NCBI GenBank assembly: GCA_964610735.1
Contig: CAZSYH010000005.1
Span: forward strand, 5,912-69,911
Direction of reading: 5' to 3'
DNA: 64,000 bases
Source of the DNA: an uncultured Syntrophaceae bacterium
GTDB taxonomy: Bacteria > Desulfobacterota > Syntrophia > Syntrophales > UBA2210
The notes under the pieces were generated by a model. That model saw nothing but the letters and a program-made list of their open reading frames with translations, was not told the origin of the DNA and ran no database searches. The translations under genes and the position numbers were made by a program. The first letter of the stretch is position 1. Every line of letters starts with the position of its first letter. Positions 56,936-64,000 of the stretch are shown here, piece after piece.

Positions 56936-57113
56936 TTTCTCGAAAACCTTTGGTCCCCTGTTTTTATTTCAGGCCTTCGTGGCAGTCCCGACGGTCCCGA
57001 CAAGTCGGGATTGCAAACCCGTTTTTCAGGATAGTAGGATAACAGAATTTTGTCAACAGTCGAAATGAATTGTGTAAGGAGCACGTAATATGTCTGGAGT
57101 TGTAGCACTTAAT

Positions 57114-57411
57114 CTGTCCGGTTTATAATGGTCACCAGGAGGTGGCCAATGAGATGAACAGAGTTGTTAAAGGAGATCCGGATTATGCGATTTGAAGAGG
57201 CTTATGGTGTATGGAGAGGGAAGCGATTGAGTCAGGAAGAAGCAGCGCGGATACTGGGGGGTATGCACCCGGACATTCCGGCGTTACATTGATCATAACA
57301 ATGGATGACGCGACAAACGAACACTACAGTATGTTCTTTGTCCAGGAGGAAGGCACAGTCAGCGGCTTTCAGGGAGTGCGGGACGAGATTCTTCAAAGAG
57401 GTCTGTTCAGT
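57114..57411 (+). mobile_element. left-end fragment of an ISNCY-family IS (terminal repeat CTGTCCGGTTT plus HTH and start of the rve domain, with internal deletion)
   Basis: RFEEAYGVW.GKRLSQEEAARILG HTH region and ITMDDATNEHYSMFFVQEEGT..RGLFS. Homology ends at tctgttcagtt. Confidence 0.7.
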
Positions 57412-57529
57412 TTTCTTACCCCGATAAACGGGATAAGTGCGTTAACGAAATTATCTTCTGGCAGAAAATAATTTCTAACTTACTAAACAGTCGGAGATTC
57501 CCCGCAACTTGTTCTGAGAAATCTTAATG

Positions 57530-59788
57530 TTATATCTTCTCTGTTTCTTTTCCCCTTTTCTTTATCATTACCAAAGCTCTTCCCGCGGCAATTTCAACCC
57601 TTTCATGATAAGATTTTATACTAAACAGGCTTTTCTGTTTAGCAATCGACTCCAGCGTCTTAATAGCTTCCGGAGCCCCTATACGGCCCAGAGCAACACA
57701 GATTTTTTCTTCCAGCTCGGTTCTTGACTTCGAGGAAATAAATGACTTAGATTTAAGTAATCCCAGAAGGGGGGATACGGCGTCACGATATTTTAAGGAA
57801 CCTAACATGTTCACGATACCGATCTTCAAGCGATCATCAGACACGGGCAAGGCGGATAATAAAATTCCCCCTTTATGTTCTCCCCCTATACTATTAATAC
57901 TTTTAAGGGCTTCTTGCTGTACCCGATAATCCTCGTGGGTCAAGAGTGGTCGCAAAACTTCCACATCTGCTTCACTGCCAATCCTACCCAACAGGAGTGC
58001 CAGATTGCGTATGTAGTACCAGTCTCCGCCTTCTTCGATCCCATCTATCAGGGCGGGAAGTGACGGGTGTCCGATTTCGGAAACAATCTGTAAAATTAGG
58101 ACGCGTTCAGAACTACTTTTGCTTTCCCGGAGTATATCAAGCAAGCGGTTTACCGGGGTTGCTCCGATGTTGGCCAGGTTAAAGCCTGCCTCCTTTTGTT
58201 TATTCTGTTCGTTTGACAGAAATTCCTTAAAAAGTATGTTCAATAATTCTTCCGTGGCAATCTCCCTTAACACGCTACCCGATATAGCTTGAATCGCCTC
58301 ATCCTTTTTCAACTTTCCTGAACCTATAAGATTGAACACTTCCAGTATGGGACCTGATTCAGCAAACTGGTGACCTCGAATCAAAGTATGAACCAGATTC
58401 TGCAATTGAACACAAATTTGTTCGTAGGCAGGAGTAACGAAAGTTTCCAATCTTATCCAACTGAACAATTTGCCTGAAAGCCTGCTAACCATATCTGTTC
58501 GCTTTTCATCAGGCTGACTTTCAATAATATTGGATAAGGCTTCCGATACCTGACCCCGCACACCCGGATTATCGCTGAGAAGTTCATCACCCAATCTGTC
58601 AATTATCGCTTCGACTGTCTCGTTTTGATCTTTGCTAAAAAGCTGTTCGATAACACCGGCCAAAGACTGCATTACTTTCTCATCTAAAAAGATCTTCTCA
58701 TCACCTTCTATGATACGATTGGCTTTATCTTTGAGATGCTCAAATTCTCTTTCCATTTCCTCTTTTTCACGAGCTATCTTTTCTTCGATTTCGCTCCCAA
58801 GCCGTTTTCCCTTGTCGGAATTCATCAAGTTTTTATCTGCCTTGTTAATTAACTCAATTTCAGAAGTATCATGAGCCGTATCTTTAGCTATAGCCATGTC
58901 TTTCATATGCTTGATTTTGGTGGCCAGATCCTCAAACTTCTCATCCTCTATTTGATTAACAATATGATCAAAGATCTCATCACTAAGCAGACCTTCCATA
59001 TTTTGAGTCAAAACCATACTAATGACCTCAATATCCATATCCGCAATAGATACTGCTACTTGCCGAAAGATCCCTTCTTTCTCCACATTGTCAGCAATGT
59101 TGTTCAAGGTACGAATCATGTGGACGACGCTCTCAGATAGTTCAATATTCGAAGTAGTTCCCCCTTGCTCGGTGATATTCTTCATACCGGATTGAAATAT
59201 ACGGGAGATCCATTCGGGATTCTTGGCCATTTCCTTGACTTTCTGTGAATCTATATCTGAGATTGCACCGGCTCCCGTTATATATTTGATAATTTCCTCA
59301 TCTTTAATGTCCAGGCTCGCCAGGATTGCATAATCCTTATCCCTTGCAACGTAGACCTTTTGATCTAGGAGGATGTGCGGTAGTCCCTTATCTTCCATAA
59401 CCTTTTGCAGGCCTCCTTCTTTTTCCACATCTTCCGGCTTTCTACTCAACATTTCAAGAAAGGTCATAAGTTCCGCTTTACCCAGCCCTCTTTCGAATGT
59501 AACACTCTTAATCCCAAAATCGAGCAGTATTTCAATAAATGCCATCACCTGGGGCTTTTCCTGGTCTTTCTGGCTCAGTAAATCCCCGCAGATGAGAAGG
59601 CTTTTTTCCGACTCGGCAAATATCAATGACTCCTCTTTGTCAAGAACTTCCTGGAGAGCCTGATATACTCTATCAATGGTATTAACGATCATGGCGCTGG
59701 AAGGAGGATAGAGGCGAAGATTAGTAATAGCAGCATTCATAATGACCATAGTATCGATCGCTTTTTTTTGTATTCCCATATCTGTCAT
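57530..59788 (-). CDS. HEAT-repeat protein (752 aa)
   Basis: The C-terminal third has PBS-lyase/HEAT-like repeats (..RNLALLLGRIGSEADVEVLRPLL.., ..ICVALGRIGAPEAIKTLE..). The N-terminal 450 aa are helical with no assigned family. Confidence 0.7.
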   Translation of the reverse strand: MTDMGIQKKAIDTMVIMNAAITNLRLYPPSSAMIVNTIDRVYQALQEVLDKEESLIFAESEKSLLICGDLLSQKDQEKPQVMAFIEILLDFGIKSVTFERGLGKAELMTFLEMLSRKPEDVEKEGGLQKVMEDKGLPHILLDQKVYVARDKDYAILASLDIKDEEIIKYITGAGAISDIDSQKVKEMAKNPEWISRIFQSGMKNITEQGGTTSNIELSESVVHMIRTLNNIADNVEKEGIFRQVAVSIADMDIEVISMVLTQNMEGLLSDEIFDHIVNQIEDEKFEDLATKIKHMKDMAIAKDTAHDTSEIELINKADKNLMNSDKGKRLGSEIEEKIAREKEEMEREFEHLKDKANRIIEGDEKIFLDEKVMQSLAGVIEQLFSKDQNETVEAIIDRLGDELLSDNPGVRGQVSEALSNIIESQPDEKRTDMVSRLSGKLFSWIRLETFVTPAYEQICVQLQNLVHTLIRGHQFAESGPILEVFNLIGSGKLKKDEAIQAISGSVLREIATEELLNILFKEFLSNEQNKQKEAGFNLANIGATPVNRLLDILRESKSSSERVLILQIVSEIGHPSLPALIDGIEEGGDWYYIRNLALLLGRIGSEADVEVLRPLLTHEDYRVQQEALKSINSIGGEHKGGILLSALPVSDDRLKIGIVNMLGSLKYRDAVSPLLGLLKSKSFISSKSRTELEEKICVALGRIGAPEAIKTLESIAKQKSLFSIKSYHERVEIAAGRALVMIKKRGKETEKI

Positions 59789-60391
59789 TGCTCCACCTCA
59801 TAATGCTTACTTATAATGGGATCAAATCTTTCCGGCCTGTTTCCTCTTGAAAATTGAAGTAGCCGATTACTTAATTTATCAAATCTATCCTTCATCTTTG
59901 GATCTTGCTCCAACTTTACCTGCAACCTCTTTCTTGCCTGACTGACAGCACTGTAATCTATCCCTCCTACCAGCAACCCAATTTCAGGTTGGGTAATCTG
60001 ACAAAAACGGTAAAGTAACTCCATCAGCATTGATCTCTCGATGGATTTCTTGCCCCGCCCGGTGATGTCTTCGACTAAAAGCAGAAGTGTAAGAAATATT
60101 GAAATGACGCATAAACTCAGAAAGATTACCCTCAGGGGTGGTAACCAATAAATGAAAATGATTGATCATGCAGACATATGACAGAAGGGTGACATTATAG
60201 ATATCTAAAGAGAGAGAAAGCTTTTCCAGAAAGACACTCTGATCCCGCACATCTAAAAATATTTCTTTCCCGTCGTTTCCTCGACAGGTGATATGGCAAC
60301 ACGCCCCTCGACAGGTGATATGGTAACACGCTCCGGGATATCGAATTTTCAGGAGTCTAGCCGTCGGCTGACGGTAACACAATGGAACCAT
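59785..60391 (-). pseudogene. IS200/RAYT-like Y1 (HUH) transposase with DnaA-C-like HTH tail, frameshifted and internally shortened
   Basis: N-part has YHITCRGN, the HUH motif NHFHLLV and FSRRHHRAG. The C-part is in another frame (ITQPEIGLLVGGIDYSAVSQARKRL). It carries a 27-bp tandem duplication at 60281-60334. Confidence 0.7.
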
Positions 60392-60433
60392 TTGTCAAGA
60401 AGGAAGATTTGATAATGTCAGAAGCAAGTAATA

Positions 60434-61296
60434 TGTCCGGTTTATAATGGTCACCAGGAGGTGGCCAATGAGATGGGCAGAGTTGTTACGGGAGATCCGG
60501 TCTGCCCGTGCGTTACACGCAGACAGGATTATGCGATTTGAAGAGGCTTATGGTGTATGGACAGGGAAGCGATTGAGTCAGGAAGAAGCAGCGCGGATAC
60601 TGGGAGTCTGTTCAGTTCATTCTACAGCGATCGCGGGAGTCATTACTGATACACGCCTGAGGGCGGTGGAAAGGTAAATAAAGGTCAGCCTACACAGTTT
60701 GAGCGTACCAAGAGACAGTTAGGGATCGAGATGACTGCTGCCTATTCTCCGCAGGCACGGGGAAGGAGCGAGCGGGTCTTCAGTACGCATCAGGGTCGGC
60801 TTCCCAAAGAACTGGTACTGTATGGAATCACTACGATGGAAGCGGCTAATCGTTATCTGGCCGAGATATATAGACCGGCATTCAACATCGAGCTTATGCA
60901 GCCTCCTGCCGAGGAAGGTTCAGCCTTTGTGCCATGGGTTGAATCAAACCTTGACGACATCCTGTGCGAGCAGTACGACCGAACAGTTACCGCCGATAAT
61001 TGCGTAAGATTTGAAGGGAAAACGCTGCAAATCCCTGCAAACCGTCATAGATGTCATTACGTCAAGGTCAAGGTACGTGCCCATCTGTACGCGATTCACT
61101 GGCTGTTTTTCACGGCCCGAGAAAGGTGGCTGATTATGACGCACAGGGAAAACTGAAAGAAAACAAAAAGGGAAAGGAAAATGCAGCGTAGGTCCGCCGC
61201 TCGCCACTTCCTCAGGAAAGCTGCGGAAGTCATAGACTGAAGCAGCTTTCCTGAGCGGTACAAAGCGGACAATGCATGTCCTACAAAACCGGACAG
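60434..61296 (+). mobile_element. internally deleted ISNCY-family IS bounded by inverted CTGTCCGGTTT termini
   Basis: The left end and HTH are identical in style to 57114-57253. It then jumps to ..LFSSFYSDRGSHY(stop)..GKVNKGQPTQFERTKRQLGIEMTAAYSPQARGRSERVF.. (rve C-terminal part, ORF 60731-61156). The right terminal repeat is at 61286-61296. Confidence 0.72.
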
Positions 61297-61444
61297 TTCT
61301 ATTTGTTGACAACACAGTCGAAATGAATTGTTCTCTATATCGGCCATTACCATAAATAAAAATATGGTTTCCTCAACTTCGTTATTGACAACATGAGGTT
61401 CGGGAAGTATAAGCCACGAAATATGCGTTAGGAGCATTCATCTT

Positions 61445-62173
61445 ATGATCACCTTTAAAAACGTGAATAAGTGGTTCGGAAAGCTTCACGTCCTTAATAA
61501 TATCAATTTTCATGTAGACACGGGAGAAGTGGTTGTCGTATGCGGTCCGAGCGGATCGGGAAAGAGCACCCTTATCAGATGTATAAACAAGCTGGAACCA
61601 GTACAGAATGGTGAGATTGTTGTTGACAGCATACCCATACATGACCGCCGAATAAACCTCACCCATTTAAGAGCTGAGATAGGATTTGTCTTCCAGCAGT
61701 TTAACCTCTATCCCCATATGACTGCCCTCCAGAATATCACACTTGCTCCCATCAATGTCAGGAAGACCAGTCCGGAAGAAGCGGAAAAGCTTGGTCTTCA
61801 ACAGTTGAAAAGAGTGGGCATCCGTGAAAAGGCCTATTCATATCCTGCTCAGTTGTCCGGGGGTCAGCAGCAGCGTGTGGCCATTGCGCGCGGTCTTGCC
61901 ATGCAGCCCAAAATAATGCTCTTTGATGAGCCCACGTCGGCCCTGGATCCGGAGATGATAAACGAGGTGTTGGATGTCATGCGCAACCTGGCGCGCGAGG
62001 GTATGACAATGATAGTGGTTACACATGAGATGGGATTTGCCCGCGAGGTTGCCGACAGGGTCGTCTTTATGGATGAGGGGCAGATAATTGAGGAGGCAAC
62101 ACCAGACGATTTCTTTTATCGTCCGCAGAATGAACGCACAAAGCTTTTTTTGAGTAAGATTCTAAAGCATTAA
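61445..62173 (+). CDS. polar amino-acid ABC transporter ATP-binding protein
   Basis: GPSGSGKST Walker [18 protein letters not shown] signature, and [13 protein letters not shown]. GlnQ/HisP-like. Confidence 0.92.
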   Translation: MITFKNVNKWFGKLHVLNNINFHVDTGEVVVVCGPSGSGKSTLIRCINKLEPVQNGEIVVDSIPIHDRRINLTHLRAEIGFVFQQFNLYPHMTALQNITLAPINVRKTSPEEAEKLGLQQLKRVGIREKAYSYPAQLSGGQQQRVAIARGLAMQPKIMLFDEPTSALDPEMINEVLDVMRNLAREGMTMIVVTHEMGFAREVADRVVFMDEGQIIEEATPDDFFYRPQNERTKLFLSKILKH

Positions 62174-62260
62174 CGGGCGGGTGTGTTCCTCGCAATGGTA
62201 AATATCAGTATCGTGGCGGGGGGTGTTTTTTTAAACTATTTTAACAAAGGAGGTTATTCG

Positions 62261-63103
62261 ATGAAGAGAGTATGGAAGTCTGTATTAGTGCTGGCTGTGG
62301 TATTTATGCTTGTACCGTGTATCTGCTTCGCAGGCCCTACCTATGACAAGGTCAAGGACGCGGGCGTTGTCCAGGCAGGTCTGATGTATAACAGCATTCC
62401 CGCGGCGTATTTTAACGACAAGAATGAGTGGGTTGGGTTCGATGTAGATATAGCTTCGGAGGTTGTAAAGCGTATCGGGCAGTCGATGGGCAAAGAGCTC
62501 AAGATGGAGAAGATCAAGCTGAACAACAAGACGCGTATCTCATTCCTGACATCGGGGCGGATCGATATGAGTACCGCCAACATGACCCACAAACGTGAGA
62601 GGGATAAGACGATCGATTTTTCCATCACCTATTTCTTTGATGGCGAGAAGATCCTGGCCAAAAAGGGCATGTACAAGGATCACAAGGATTTTGTGGGCAA
62701 GAAGCTTGCTTCCATGCAGGGCACAACCAGCGAGAAAAATGCCATCAATCTCCTGAAATCGCTGGGTGACACGGACCCGAAGGTCATCAGCTTCCAGGAT
62801 GAGCCCTCATGCTTCCTGGCGCTGCAGCAGGGCAAGGTTGCCGGCTGGGCGACCGATAGCACGATCCTCATCGGTTACGCCGCGAAGGAGCCGGGCAAGT
62901 ATGAACTGGTCGGCGACTTCTTCAGCGATGAGCCCTATGGCATCGGCCTTCCCCAGAACGACAGCGACTGGCGTGATGCCGTCAACTTCGCGATCCAAGA
63001 TATGTGGAAGGACGGTACCTACATGGAAATATATAATAAGTGGTATGGTGCTGACACACCCTATTACTTCCCGATGACTGAAAAGATTGAGATGTGGCCC
63101 TAA
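62261..63103 (+). CDS. amino-acid ABC transporter substrate-binding protein (family 3)
   Basis: The start is at ATG 62261, after AAGGAGG. Signal peptide and an SBP_bac_3-like sequence (GFDVDIASEV, DPYGIGL-like EPYGIGLP). Confidence 0.88.
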   Translation: MKRVWKSVLVLAVVFMLVPCICFAGPTYDKVKDAGVVQAGLMYNSIPAAYFNDKNEWVGFDVDIASEVVKRIGQSMGKELKMEKIKLNNKTRISFLTSGRIDMSTANMTHKRERDKTIDFSITYFFDGEKILAKKGMYKDHKDFVGKKLASMQGTTSEKNAINLLKSLGDTDPKVISFQDEPSCFLALQQGKVAGWATDSTILIGYAAKEPGKYELVGDFFSDEPYGIGLPQNDSDWRDAVNFAIQDMWKDGTYMEIYNKWYGADTPYYFPMTEKIEMWP

Positions 63104-63132
63104 AAATTAATGTTTGTTTTGAGTGACGAGAG

Positions 63133-63167
63133 CTGCGGCCCGGGAACTGCTCGGGCCGCAGTTTTTG
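63133..63167 (+). terminator. rho-independent terminator/attenuator between binding-protein and permease genes
   Basis: ctgcggcccg ggaactgct cgggccgcag followed by ttttt. Confidence 0.7.
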
Positions 63168-63201
63168 TGTGTTATCTTCCCTTTAGAAAACGGATGTGAG
63201 A

Positions 63202-64000
63202 ATGATGGAGCCCTGGAAACGCCAGGTTCAGCAATTTATGATAGTGGCTGGGATAGCCCTTGCCATATATCTTTTTTTCGCACATATTGACTTTGGATAT
63301 GAGTTTCACTGGTCCGTGCTCTGGGAGATGAATCCCACCTATCAGGAGGTCTTTGGTGTCTGGCTGCTGCGCGGTCTCCTGATTACCGTAGAAATTTCGC
63401 TGATCAGTACCGTTATTTCTCTTCTGTTAGGTACATTTTTCGGTATAGCCCGTCTGTCAAATTTTAAACCCCTCTACTGGTTTGCCACGGTATATGTGGA
63501 GTTCTTCCGCAATACGCCTCTGCTGGTACAGCTCTTTTTCTGGTATTTTGCTTTTCCCCTGGGGCTGCCAGACGCGGCTCGCGAGTTTTTATATAACCAC
63601 AATTACGAGCTGATAGCCGCTACAGGTGGTCTGAGTATCTATACAACTGCCTTTATTGCTGAGATAGTGCGCGCTGGCATACAGGCTATCCCACGGGGAC
63701 ACTTGGAGGCCGCAGCTTCATCTGGATTGAGCAGGATTCAGTCGTTGCGTTTTGTCATTCTGCCACAGGCTTTTCGTGTGATTATGCCCCCGCTTGGAAG
63801 TGAACTCCTGAATAACATGAAAAACTCTTCGCTCGCTATGACCATAGGGGTGGCTGACCTCTGCTGGCAGGCACAGCAGATTGAGTCCTTCACATTCCGG
63901 GGATTTGAGGCTACCACCGCGGCTACGGTCATCTATCTCAGCCTCTCCCTGATTATCAGTATGCTGATGAACAGTGTGAATCACCATTTGGAGGTAGGGG
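63202..64000 (+). CDS. amino-acid ABC transporter permease (3' end outside window)
   Basis: My own translation from ATG 63202 is open to the window edge. It reads FFRNTPLLVQLFFWYF, and the EAA loop reads LEAAASSGLSRIQSLRFVILPQA. It is absent from the ORF track because no stop lies within the window. Confidence 0.85.
   Translation, partial: MMEPWKRQVQQFMIVAGIALAIYLFFAHIDFGYEFHWSVLWEMNPTYQEVFGVWLLRGLLITVEISLISTVISLLLGTFFGIARLSNFKPLYWFATVYVEFFRNTPLLVQLFFWYFAFPLGLPDAAREFLYNHNYELIAATGGLSIYTTAFIAEIVRAGIQAIPRGHLEAAASSGLSRIQSLRFVILPQAFRVIMPPLGSELLNNMKNSSLAMTIGVADLCWQAQQIESFTFRGFEATTAATVIYLSLSLIISMLMNSVNHHLEVG

Overview
All calls come from reading the sequence and the ORF translations. No database search, HMM or covariance model was run.

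The gene content points to an anaerobic Desulfobacterota/deltaproteobacterium-like genome, but this taxonomy is a low-confidence inference.

- **1-11.1 kb:** a canonical dcw cell-wall/division cluster on the + strand (murF', mraY, murD, ftsW, murG, murC, murB, ftsQ, ftsA, ftsZ).
- **11.2-16.0 kb:** minus-strand housekeeping genes (small membrane protein, two MBL-fold hydrolases, xni flap endonuclease, TPR protein, SAM methyltransferase).
- **16.1-21.3 kb:** a mosaic insertion holding a decayed IS91-family transposase, a beta-lactamase-family lipoprotein and a TamB C-terminal fragment. It is bracketed by a perfect 649-bp direct duplication of the 3' end of an ABC ATPase gene.
- **21.3-26.6 kb:** a tungstate/molybdate module (WtpABC-like transporter, TunR-like regulator, DUF4405 membrane protein, Mop molbindin).
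- **27-33.8 kb:** mixed accessory genes (MFS transporter, AT-rich methyltransferase patch, head-to-head truncated GMC oxidoreductase and c-heme-sensor GGDEF genes, Isf-like flavoprotein, SemiSWEET, manC).
- **33.8-48.1 kb:** the most interesting part, a roughly 14-kb redox island bracketed by a 107-bp direct repeat of the manC 5' end.
  - It opens with a Moco/Tuco-riboswitch-like leader.
  - It encodes a Tat-signal ferredoxin coupled to a tungsten-type aldehyde:ferredoxin oxidoreductase (AOR), and NapG-like and NapH-like membrane electron-transfer proteins.
  - It also encodes two HdrA-like flavoproteins, MvhD, an Fe-S protein, a Cys-type formate dehydrogenase catalytic subunit, an HdrC-like protein and a shortened 436-aa AOR paralog.
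  - No HdrB/CCG subunit is present.
  - I read this as a candidate undescribed membrane-spanning, possibly electron-bifurcating, W/Mo redox system.
- **48.1-64 kb:**
  - **Housekeeping and accessory genes:** an MBL hydrolase, rfbB, a HAD hydrolase and a GpsA-like dehydrogenase.
  - **Repeat-bracketed module:** a secreted two-gene module flanked by a direct repeat.
  - **Mobile-element remnants:** nested ISNCY-family remnants around a HEAT-repeat protein and a decayed Y1 (RAYT-like) transposase.
  - **Right edge:** an amino-acid ABC transporter truncated by the window edge.

No rRNA, tRNA or CRISPR array was recognised.
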